Of a stretch of DNA of 61,044 nucleotides, positions 1 to 7,646 are shown piece after piece. The position numbers and the translations under genes were made by a program. Source of the stretch: Candidatus Zambryskibacteria bacterium RIFOXYD1_FULL_40_13. Lineage in GTDB: Bacteria; Patescibacteriota; Minisyncoccia; Phycocordibacterales; DATDWN01. How positions within the stretch are numbered: position 1 is the first letter of the stretch; each line of letters opens with the position of its first letter. The notes below the pieces were generated by a model. The model was not told where the DNA came from and made no database searches. It was given only the letters and a program-made list of their open reading frames with translations. Location of the stretch: positions 304 through 61,347 of the forward strand of contig MHWY01000005.1 in the NCBI GenBank assembly GCA_001824295.1. The letters run 5' to 3'.

Positions 1-823
1 GCTCAAAAGGAAACCTTTTTACAAAGTCCGCAATATCTTTTTGGTCTATTCCAATCTCAAAAGCTTTCTTTTTATTCCACAGTTTTCTTTCCTTCTGTTT
101 CTGAAGCTGGATAAAAAATATTTCCTGGAAGGCAAATCTTTTTCTAGCGGATTCCGCATCGGCTTCCTTCTTTGGGGTGTGAATCCAGATGAAGGCGGTT
201 TTTATACCAGGTAGATTATATTTTTTTAGAATTTCTTCTGGGATGGGGTCGGCAATTGTATCTAGAATACCTCGAGACATGATTTTCTGTACTGCATGAT
301 AAATCCAATAAGAGGTTACACCCCTGCTTTCCGGATAGACAGGGTACATTACATGCGTATCTTCTTCTGATTCTGTATCGTGGACAAAAAGTGAGTCTCC
401 AACAGCTGTGGGTATTTTATCAACCACTTCTATCTTCGGGTTACTCATGTAGAGCTCGCCCCGTCTCTCGGCTACCTTTCCTTCCACTCGAACAAGCTGT
501 CCCTCGTGAACCATCTTGGCAATGTATGGCTGGTTAAACCAAACGATTTTTATTTTATTAGTATCGTCGGTTACCACCGCCTCTGACATGGGGATTTTTT
601 TGACGAAGGCCTTGCTTGTCTTGAGGCCAGATATTCTCCCGAAAACAGTAGAGTCGTCACCTTTTACGAGCGACTCAATAGTTTTCATCTGGCTTGTGTC
701 TCCATATCGGACAGGGAAGTAGTACAGCAAATCTTCCACCGTTTTAAGCCCAAGCTTATCTAGAGCCTTCTTGTGGTTTGGGAGTATTCTAACTATTTCG
801 GACAGCGGGGAAAGTAGGTTCAT
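1..823 (-). CDS. recG: ATP-dependent DNA helicase RecG, N-terminal portion (gene runs off the window start)
   Basis: Minus-strand frame is open from ATG (821-823) to position 1. My translation MNLLSPLSEIVRILPNHKKALDKLGLKTVEDLLYYFPVRYGD...KIVWFNQPYIAKMVHEGQLVRVEGKV...KRFPFE fits the RecG N-terminus and wedge domain. Confidence 0.75.
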   Translation of the reverse strand, partial: MNLLSPLSEIVRILPNHKKALDKLGLKTVEDLLYYFPVRYGDTSQMKTIESLVKGDDSTVFGRISGLKTSKAFVKKIPMSEAVVTDDTNKIKIVWFNQPYIAKMVHEGQLVRVEGKVAERRGELYMSNPKIEVVDKIPTAVGDSLFVHDTESEEDTHVMYPVYPESRGVTSYWIYHAVQKIMSRGILDTIADPIPEEILKKYNLPGIKTAFIWIHTPKKEADAESARKRFAFQEIFFIQLQKQKERKLWNKKKAFEIGIDQKDIADFVKRFPFE

Positions 824-827
824 GACT

Positions 828-1349
828 CTATTGTAACATCAGTTTCTTGTATACTTCGTATTCTGCCATTGCTCCGTTTATTCCTCTGTGAACCTCGGGT
901 TCTGGGGGGATTTCAAGATATTCACAAATCGACTTCAGACTCCAGCTCTTTATTTTATCGTGAGGTATCTTGGCCCATGCTAGGGAAAATATATCTACTT
1001 TGTGTCTGTCAAAATTATTTTCTAGGCTACACTTTTTCAGTGCCTTTGATATGAAGTCATAGTCTAGGGTCATGTTGTGAGCACAAAACATTGTTTGGTT
1101 TGTTTTCTCTTTAAACATTTCCATGGCGTTCTCTAGAGGGATTGAGTTTCTCCAGCTTTCTTCTGTGTAACCATTTCTCGCATAGGCAAGCGGGTGACAT
1201 ATCTCTGGGTGGAGGGGCTTCACCCTTACATCAAGCGTGTCTAGGATTTCAAAACTTTGGTCGTCAAAAACAACCAGGCCAATTTCTATTATTTCGTTTA
1301 TCTCTGCATCAAGCCCCGTTGTTTCTACATCTACAATAGATATCTTCAT
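828..1349 (-). CDS. DEDD-family 3'-5' exonuclease (DnaQ / Pol III epsilon-like)
   Basis: 173 aa with exonuclease motifs VDVETTGLD, HNMTLDYDF and HRGINGAMAEYEV (DEDDh pattern). Confidence 0.75.
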   Translation of the reverse strand: MKISIVDVETTGLDAEINEIIEIGLVVFDDQSFEILDTLDVRVKPLHPEICHPLAYARNGYTEESWRNSIPLENAMEMFKEKTNQTMFCAHNMTLDYDFISKALKKCSLENNFDRHKVDIFSLAWAKIPHDKIKSWSLKSICEYLEIPPEPEVHRGINGAMAEYEVYKKLMLQ

Positions 1350-1404
1350 TTGGATATTATATCACCAAACTAAAACTAGACATTTTGTCTCCGATTCTGG
1401 TTTT

Positions 1405-1426
1405 CAATCTGGCGGACAGAGTGGGA
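1405..1426. repeat. 22-bp exact copy of the tRNA-Ser 3' end plus 5 nt of flank (att-like direct repeat; partner at 2867-2888)
   Basis: caatctggcggacagagtggga occurs at both 1405-1426 and 2867-2888. Confidence 0.8.
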
Positions 1427-1667
1427 GTTTCTTTTTTAATTTCAATTCGTCGTCACTCATTGAAATTCAAAACGGGAATTTGCGACATTCGCTGGTGCGA
1501 ACGTAAACCGCAAATTCCTTCGAATCCCACACGTAAACCTGCGGTTTACTTCTGCGGTGACGATTGGCACAACTTTGAACCCAAGCGGCTCAATTTCAAC
1601 TGGGCTGATAAGGTTATACGAGAATTAAGGCAAATCTACTATGAGAAACCCGAGTTTTTTGATGTTC

Positions 1668-1841
1668 CTACTTTTGCCCAGAAACAGTATTAAGTATCTG
1701 TTCGACTTCTTTGTCAGCAATCTTTGAGCCTGCAAGACGAGTGGATGCACCAGTAGAGGCAATAAGCGTGGCACGTTGAAGCTCCTCCAGACGGTCTGGT
1801 AAAATATCAAGATTGCTTTTTGTGCGTTTAGATTTCGTCAT
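1668..1841 (-). pseudogene. Short ORF resembling only the N-terminal segment of Fic-family proteins (probable gene fragment)
   Basis: 57-aa ORF MTKSKRTKSNLDILPDRLEELQRATLIASTGASTRLAGSKIADKEVEQILNTVSGQK. It resembles the region upstream of Fic cores, but no Fic core follows. Confidence 0.2.
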
Positions 1842-1853
1842 ACCTAATCGAGC

Positions 1854-2285
1854 CTACGGTTCTACCCTCCTCATTAACAAGTCATATCCGCCCCCAGGCC
1901 ATTTCCAAGTACCATTAATAATTTTACCATCTTCGCTGAATTGGCCTCTGAATGCCATGCCTGAGTCTTTGCTGTTCAACCAAAATTGAATGGTGCGATC
2001 GTCCACTTCCCAAATGTACTTGTAGTGGTAGCCACTACTGCTCTCAAACCAGTGTCCGACAATCTCTGAGCCGGGCTCAGTTTCTTCCCAACCCATCTCA
2101 TGACCAATGATCATCATTCCTCTAATGCCTTTTTCTTCTTCATGGTGGTAGGCCAGAAAATGTCCTCCCGGTAACCATTCGAAAACATCTTTTCCGCTCC
2201 ATTTCGCTTTCGTCTCAAGATCACAATGCTCAAGATTCCAAATCCCCACTAATTTATTGAGTTGTGCAAGTTCTTGGTTTGGCAT
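1854..2285 (-). CDS. Hypothetical protein, DUF1579-like
   Basis: 143-aa ORF with an LNKLVGIWNLE...GGHFL...GYHYKYIWEVDDRT pattern. The family assignment is from memory only. Confidence 0.45.
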   Translation of the reverse strand: MPNQELAQLNKLVGIWNLEHCDLETKAKWSGKDVFEWLPGGHFLAYHHEEEKGIRGMMIIGHEMGWEETEPGSEIVGHWFESSSGYHYKYIWEVDDRTIQFWLNSKDSGMAFRGQFSEDGKIINGTWKWPGGGYDLLMRRVEP

Positions 2286-2428
2286 GTTTATAATTTACCT
2301 AGTTCGAATCCTTTCAGGGTTCTTACATTTTAGCACTTTTGCGTTTTAAAATGTAGCGCAAAATAAGGGAATTTTGACGCTCCTTTTCAAAAAATTTTGG
2401 GCGGTAAATTCTTTCTAATCCAAAAACT

Positions 2429-2457
2429 AAAACCGGCTTTTTGTAAAAGTCGGTTTT
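2429..2457. terminator. Hairpin terminator (A-tract / T-tract flanked)
   Basis: AAAACCGGCTTTT-tgt-AAAAGTCGGTTTT, 12/13 paired, lying just downstream of the minus-strand ORF 2465-2668. Confidence 0.55.
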
Positions 2458-2464
2458 AGCGTCG

Positions 2465-2668
2465 CTAACCTAGGAGTCCTGCCAAATGCAGAAGATAGAG
2501 AAAGAAACCAGTGGAGACAAGGACTATTGCCCAGCCAAGGGCTAATCCAACCGGAGAGCCCCATTCATCCCATCTGTGCCTTCGTGGTTTAGACCAGTCG
2601 TAAGGTTCTTCCAACATTTGCTTCTGCAAGGCTTCTTCATGAGCCTTGTTGAATTCTTTTTGATCCAT
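2465..2668 (-). CDS. Small membrane protein (hypothetical)
   Basis: 67 aa with a C-terminal hydrophobic helix GLALGWAIVLVSTGFFLYLLHLAGLL. Confidence 0.4.
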   Translation of the reverse strand: MDQKEFNKAHEEALQKQMLEEPYDWSKPRRHRWDEWGSPVGLALGWAIVLVSTGFFLYLLHLAGLLG

Positions 2669-2871
2669 AGTTGTGAAAGAGACATTTGAATTGCGCCATC
2701 CAATCGACCATTTATTTTTGGATAGTTTGGGGCTCTTGATTTTTTGATTGGGACTCCTTTGTGCGTCTCAAGAGCAAGACAGGAGTACAAATTCCAATAT
2801 TTAAACTATAGCTTATTTTTTCTTTGACGGCAAATTCTTGATATTTACTCATAAGTTCAAAGATGCCAATC

Positions 2872-2961
2872 TGGCGGACAGAGTGGGATTCGAACCCACG
2901 GTACCCGTTAGGGTACGGCGGTTTAGTAAACCGCTACCTTAAGCCACTCGGTCATCTGTCC
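2872..2961 (-). tRNA. tRNA-Ser, anticodon apparently ACU (A34), CCA encoded
   Basis: Hand-folded class II cloverleaf: GGACAGA TG ACCGAGTGGCTTAAGGT A GCGGT TTACTAA ACCGC CGTACCCTAACGGGTACC GTGGG TTCGAAT CCCAC TCTGTCC G CCA. Confidence 0.8.
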
Positions 2962-3012
2962 AAAATGTACTAATTACTATACATTATTTGTATTATTTTG
3001 TATAATGGAGCC

Positions 3013-4071
3013 ATGCTGGAGTTGTCTAAATACAACAGGATAAGATTTCATAAGGAAGGAGTTCAGACTAAGTTTATTTTAAAAGCAAGGAAAACTTTAA
3101 ATTTAACTGAGCTGGAGTTATCAAGGAAATTAAAATTGTGTCGACGGACGATTACTGATTGGACAAAAGAAAGAGTTACTATATCTCAAATTGGTGCAAA
3201 TAAAATATCTAGCTTGGCAAAGATATCAATTCCCAAAGGTTACGACATTATTGACTGGAAGGAACACTGGCGAAAGGCGGGGAGGGTGGGGGCTATGACT
3301 AGATTTGTAAGATGTGGAAGGGTTTGTATAGATGAAAAATACCGAAAAATGAAGTGGAATGAATGGTGGAGGAATGTCGGGCAGTACAAAAAGCCACCTC
3401 CAGGTTTTCAGTCTTTGGTAAAGATAAAGATACCACGAAAGAGTAAGTTGCTCGCTGAGTTTATTGGCATTTTGCTTGGAGATGGAAATATATCCCCATA
3501 TTATATTAGTATCACCTTGTCTTCAAAGGAAAAAGAATACATTAAATATATTTGTAAAATTATTGAGAAACTTTTTAGAGTTGTACCAAAGATATTTAAA
3601 CATAAAGAAAAAAAAGCTGTAACTATTGTTGTTAATCGAAAACAACTCGTCGACTTTTGTCAGGAAGTTGGGTTTAAAAAGGGAAACAAGGTGTCCAACC
3701 AGGTTGATATTCCCCAATGGATTAAAAAAAGTAAAATGTATAGTTATGAATGTATCAGGGGCTTGATTGATACTGATGGATGTTTTTTCTTCCATAACTA
3801 TATTGTTAATGGAAAAAAATATTTTTATTTCAAAATAGCTTTTACAAGTGCGTCTATTCCTTTAAGGTTGTCAGTAAAAAAAATTTTGATAAATTCAGGT
3901 TTTGGTGTAAGAATGAGTAAGGCGGGGAAGGGAAAAGGTGGAGATGTTCGTATTGATGGTGGTTTTTATGTGAAAAAATATATAAAAGAAATAGGCTCAC
4001 ACAACAAAAAACACCTAGATAAAATCGAAAAATGGAGGGTTGCTCCGAATGGTAAGGTAGCGGTTTGCTAA
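3013..4071 (+). CDS. LAGLIDADG-family homing endonuclease (free-standing, two-motif)
   Basis: Motifs FIGILLGDGNI and IRGLIDTDGCFFF. ATG at 3013 lies 6 nt after TATAAT (3001-3006); the ORF track begins at TTG 2998. The last 38 nt overlap tRNA-Ser(GCU). Confidence 0.85.
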   Translation: MLELSKYNRIRFHKEGVQTKFILKARKTLNLTELELSRKLKLCRRTITDWTKERVTISQIGANKISSLAKISIPKGYDIIDWKEHWRKAGRVGAMTRFVRCGRVCIDEKYRKMKWNEWWRNVGQYKKPPPGFQSLVKIKIPRKSKLLAEFIGILLGDGNISPYYISITLSSKEKEYIKYICKIIEKLFRVVPKIFKHKEKKAVTIVVNRKQLVDFCQEVGFKKGNKVSNQVDIPQWIKKSKMYSYECIRGLIDTDGCFFFHNYIVNGKKYFYFKIAFTSASIPLRLSVKKILINSGFGVRMSKAGKGKGGDVRIDGGFYVKKYIKEIGSHNKKHLDKIEKWRVAPNGKVAVC

Positions 4072-4120
4072 ACCGTGAGGGTCTTAAAACCCTCTATGGG
4101 TTCGACTCCCATACCCTCCG
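4034..4120 (+). tRNA. tRNA-Ser(GCU)
   Basis: GGAGGGT TG CTCCGAATGGTAAGGT A GCGGT TTGCTAA ACCGT GAGGGTCTTAAAACCCTCTA TGGGT TCGACTC CCATA CCCTCC G. Long variable arm; CCA not encoded. Confidence 0.85.
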
Positions 4121-4158
4121 CAACAAAGACTCAAGAAAGGAGGGTTTTAATTGTGTAT

Positions 4159-4815
4159 TTAATGTGCAAGAGTGAAGGCCACAACTTCGCGAGCGCCAGA
4201 TGAAAGTAGGGTAGAGCGAGCTTCGGACAGAGTGCTTCCTGTGGTTACAACATCATCAATCAAAATTATATATTTACCCTCAACTCCTGGATTAGCCCCA
4301 AACGAGCCAACGAGATTTGTTATTCTCTCTTGTTTTGTCTCACTTCTACTTTGTTTGGGAGTATCTTTTACTTTTTCTAACCATTGTGGGGCGTAGAGTA
4401 ATTTCCTTTCCAAGTCATTTTGAATAATTGATTTTGCGATAAGCTCACTCTGGTTGTAACCTCGTTCTATCCGCCTCTCACTTGTGATAGGTATAGGTAT
4501 CAAAACAAAATTGGCGTCACTATCAAATATTATTGTGTCGGACATATAGACGAGGATTTCCTCAAAGAGTATTTTTCCAAGATATTCAAGGGGCCGAGTG
4601 TTTTCCTTGTACTTCAATTCCCAAACAATCGCTCTGACGCGGTTGTCCTTGTATTGAAAGAGGGGGTGAATCCAGTCAGTCTCAGGGCTTTCACTCGCTC
4701 TCGGCAGGTCATTTATCCTTTCAGGAGTCAATTTTTTTACAATGGTAAAATCTGTTCTGGGTGGCAGAATAAAATCAAAAATTGATACAAAAAACTCTTT
4801 AATACTTTTAGACAT
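4159..4815 (-). CDS. comFC: ComF-family phosphoribosyltransferase-domain protein
   Basis: 218 aa with the PRTase motif YIILIDDVVTTGSTLSEA near the C-terminus. Confidence 0.7.
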   Translation of the reverse strand: MSKSIKEFFVSIFDFILPPRTDFTIVKKLTPERINDLPRASESPETDWIHPLFQYKDNRVRAIVWELKYKENTRPLEYLGKILFEEILVYMSDTIIFDSDANFVLIPIPITSERRIERGYNQSELIAKSIIQNDLERKLLYAPQWLEKVKDTPKQSRSETKQERITNLVGSFGANPGVEGKYIILIDDVVTTGSTLSEARSTLLSSGAREVVAFTLAH

Positions 4816-4857
4816 GCGTACTTTTTATGTTATACTAATTATATACTCATTATTTTT

Positions 4858-5988
4858 ATGGCAAACTTTCTTTCAAACCTTGTTGGAGACTTATTTAGTA
4901 AGAAAAACGGAAGTGTACTAGGGATAGACATAGGTTCTTCCTCTATAAAAATAGTCCAGCTAAGCCGTAAAAACGGCCACGCAGTCCTTGATACATACGG
5001 TGAGCTGGCCCTCGGTCCTTACGCTGGCAAAAGTGTGGGTGAAGCCACAAACCTTCCTCCAGAGAAAATTGTAGAAGCAATAGCAGACATGCTGAAGGAA
5101 AAAGAGGTTAACATTACTACTCGCGCCTGCGGAGTAGCCATTCCTTTCTCATCAAGCTTGATGACACCAATAGAGATGCCAATGGTTTCGCCAAAACAGC
5201 TTGAAACCATGATTCCAGTGGAGGCTAGGAAATATATTCCAGTTCCTATTTCAGAGGTTGCTCTGGATTGGTACATCATTCCCAAAGACAAGAATCCTGA
5301 CTCAGAGCAGTTTGTTGACCAGACTGAAAAAGAAAAGTTGCAGAAGATTGAAGTGCTTATTGTGGCTATTCACAACGATACGCTTATTCGTTACAAAGAC
5401 ATCGTTACAAAGAACGCACTAGAAGCTAGTTTCTTTGAGATTGAAATCTTCAGTACCATGCGTTCGGTATTGGAACAAGAACTTACGCCAGCTCTTATTG
5501 TTGACATGGGAGCAACAAGTACAAAGCTATACATTGTGGAGAGGGGAATATTGCGTTCATCACACATGGTTAACCGGGGCTCACAGAGTATAACCGACGA
5601 GCTTTCAAAGTCTTTGGGCATTTCGCTGACAGACGCCGAGAATATAAAACGCGACAAGGGACTTTTGGGAGAAGTGAAGGGGGTAAAAATTAAAGATGTG
5701 GTTACTCTAACCCTTAATTATATTTTTTCCGAATCAAACAGAGTTGTTTTGGCTTATCAGAAGAAATATAACAAGAATGTAAGCAAGGTGATTTTGGTTG
5801 GTGGTGGTAGTGCCTTGAAGGGGGTAGTAGATGTGGCAAAAAATAATTTTCAAACAGAGGTTGTGGCTGGAGACCCATTTTCAAAAGTAGTTGCTCCTGC
5901 ATTTCTTGAGAAAGTATTACATGAAACTGGTCCGGAATTTGCTGTTGCTATCGGTGTTGCACTCCGCCGTCTCCAAGAGCTGGATTAG
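4858..5988 (+). CDS. pilM: Type IV pilus assembly protein PilM (actin-like ATPase fold)
   Basis: 376 aa with N-terminal LGIDIGSSSIKIVQL. It is the first gene of the pilus cluster. Confidence 0.8.
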   Translation: MANFLSNLVGDLFSKKNGSVLGIDIGSSSIKIVQLSRKNGHAVLDTYGELALGPYAGKSVGEATNLPPEKIVEAIADMLKEKEVNITTRACGVAIPFSSSLMTPIEMPMVSPKQLETMIPVEARKYIPVPISEVALDWYIIPKDKNPDSEQFVDQTEKEKLQKIEVLIVAIHNDTLIRYKDIVTKNALEASFFEIEIFSTMRSVLEQELTPALIVDMGATSTKLYIVERGILRSSHMVNRGSQSITDELSKSLGISLTDAENIKRDKGLLGEVKGVKIKDVVTLTLNYIFSESNRVVLAYQKKYNKNVSKVILVGGGSALKGVVDVAKNNFQTEVVAGDPFSKVVAPAFLEKVLHETGPEFAVAIGVALRRLQELD

Positions 5989-6074
5989 TTTTGTTTCTCA
6001 GTTTGATATTTTTGGTTTTTATACACAGTTTGCATAGTTTTTTATTTCTACATGTATTATAATTAACACGATAT

Positions 6075-6665
6075 ATGGAACCAAGATTTCAAACTTCTTT
6101 TATTCCCAAAAAACCCATAGGTTCTCCAGACGGTTCTGGGGTTAAGATAGTACACAGTACTAATATTTTTTCTGTTATAGCCACAGTTATATTTATTATT
6201 ACCGTTCTTATGGCTGGAGGTTTGTTTTTTTACAAAAACATTTTGGCAAATCAGATAAAAGAGAGTGAAAAGAAGCTTGCGGAGGCTCAGGATGCCTATG
6301 CCTTAAGTAGCATAAAGGAGCTACTTGATGTCAGTGCCAGAATTACTTCTGCAAACAGCCTGCTCAACAAGCATGTTGCTGTGTCTAAGGTTCTTGTCTT
6401 AATAGGAGATTTAACAGTTCGAAAACTAAGATTTACAGACTTGACATACACTATTAAGAACAATATTCCAACAGTTGCTATCTCTGGTGAGGTGCAGACC
6501 TACAACGCCCTTGCAGAACAGCAAGATAAATTTTTGAAAAACGAGTTTATAAAGAATCCAACATTTTCCAATTTTAATCTGGGGGACAACGGTTATATCA
6601 TAGTTGATTTTTCTACAAACATTGATCCAAATTTTGTGTCGTATAAAAGTACTATAGAAAACTAA
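6075..6665 (+). CDS. PilN-like pilus assembly membrane protein
   Basis: 196 aa with a single N-terminal TM helix (IFSVIATVIFIITVLMAGGLFFY). The call rests on its position between pilM and pilO. Confidence 0.45.
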   Translation: MEPRFQTSFIPKKPIGSPDGSGVKIVHSTNIFSVIATVIFIITVLMAGGLFFYKNILANQIKESEKKLAEAQDAYALSSIKELLDVSARITSANSLLNKHVAVSKVLVLIGDLTVRKLRFTDLTYTIKNNIPTVAISGEVQTYNALAEQQDKFLKNEFIKNPTFSNFNLGDNGYIIVDFSTNIDPNFVSYKSTIEN

Positions 6666-6669
6666 TCAT

Positions 6670-7227
6670 ATGAAACTCATAACGCCATTAATAATAATAG
6701 GAATATGCGTAGCAGCGTATTTCACATATATCAGTAAGACTGTAGACGACATTTCTATATTGAGTTCAACGAAGTCTAGTTATGAGGCTGTGTTGAAAAA
6801 GGCAGACGAAGTCGCTGTTAAACGAGACCAACTCTTCAAGGATTATGACGGAATATCCAAGGCAAATATTGAAAAACTTAACAAAGTTATTCCAGAGATG
6901 TTTAACTCAGTTCTTTTTGCAAATGATATAAATGCCATGGCATCAAGAAATAACTTGGTGGTTAAAGATTTTAAAATAGACCCAAAGAGAACAGAGGAGA
7001 GAGATGTCATGCTTACTCAAAAAAAAGAAGCCCCATACAAAACAGCCATAGTCACATTCAGATTAATCGGACAATATGACAAGTTTATAAAATTCCTTAC
7101 AGATGTTGAGTCAAGTTTGCGACTTATAGATGTGACCAAGTTATCAATCAAAACAGTCGGTGGACAGAGAGCAACGGATGATTCTCTAGAATACTCGTTA
7201 GAAATGAACACTTATTCTCTAAAATAA
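6670..7227 (+). CDS. pilO: PilO-like pilus assembly protein
   Basis: 185 aa with an N-terminal TM helix and coiled coil, in the pilMNO position. Confidence 0.55.
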   Translation: MKLITPLIIIGICVAAYFTYISKTVDDISILSSTKSSYEAVLKKADEVAVKRDQLFKDYDGISKANIEKLNKVIPEMFNSVLFANDINAMASRNNLVVKDFKIDPKRTEERDVMLTQKKEAPYKTAIVTFRLIGQYDKFIKFLTDVESSLRLIDVTKLSIKTVGGQRATDDSLEYSLEMNTYSLK

Positions 7228-7231
7228 CATC

Positions 7232-7597
7232 ATGGCATCACCCAAAATAAAAGGAACAGCGGTAACAATTATTGTCATATTGCTCGTGGGTTTTTTGGGA
7301 TACAAGATTCTCAATAAAGAGCCGGCTGTGATTGACCCAACCCAAGCAACAGCAGACGATAATGCTGGTGTTATCGGCCAGGAGATTTTGAATTCTGTTG
7401 AAAGATTAGAGGTGATTGTTATAGACCAGAAATTCCTTCAGGGTAACCTGTTTGCAAGTCTTAGAGATTTTTCTCAACCTATTTTTGGAGAACCATATGG
7501 TAGAATAAATCCATTCGCACCAATAGGTTCTGATAGCTTCTTGCCTGTGAATGTGCCAAACACAGCACAGTCAACCACCACGGGAGGTGTGCGATAA
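7232..7597 (+). CDS. Hypothetical membrane-anchored protein in the pilus cluster
   Basis: 121 aa with an N-terminal TM helix. It is co-oriented and tightly spaced with pilO and pilB. Confidence 0.35.
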   Translation: MASPKIKGTAVTIIVILLVGFLGYKILNKEPAVIDPTQATADDNAGVIGQEILNSVERLEVIVIDQKFLQGNLFASLRDFSQPIFGEPYGRINPFAPIGSDSFLPVNVPNTAQSTTTGGVR

Positions 7598-7646
7598 TAA
7601 ACAGTCTTAGATTTAAGATTGTTTGGAGCGAAAATAATTTTATCTC

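Noticed and set aside
1385-1693. 102-aa plus-strand ORF in the region between the exonuclease gene and the DUF1579-like gene.
   Set aside because: It begins inside the att-like tRNA-end repeat, spans hairpin-rich sequence with a tRNA T-loop scrap, and has no recognisable family. The region looks like decayed intergenic or island DNA.
2998-4071. Considered whether the LAGLIDADG ORF lies within a group I intron of one of the tRNA-Ser genes.
   Set aside because: Both flanking tRNA-Ser genes fold as complete uninterrupted cloverleaves. I saw no P/Q/R/S-type group I core elements in 2962-4033, unlike in the tRNA-Asp intron.
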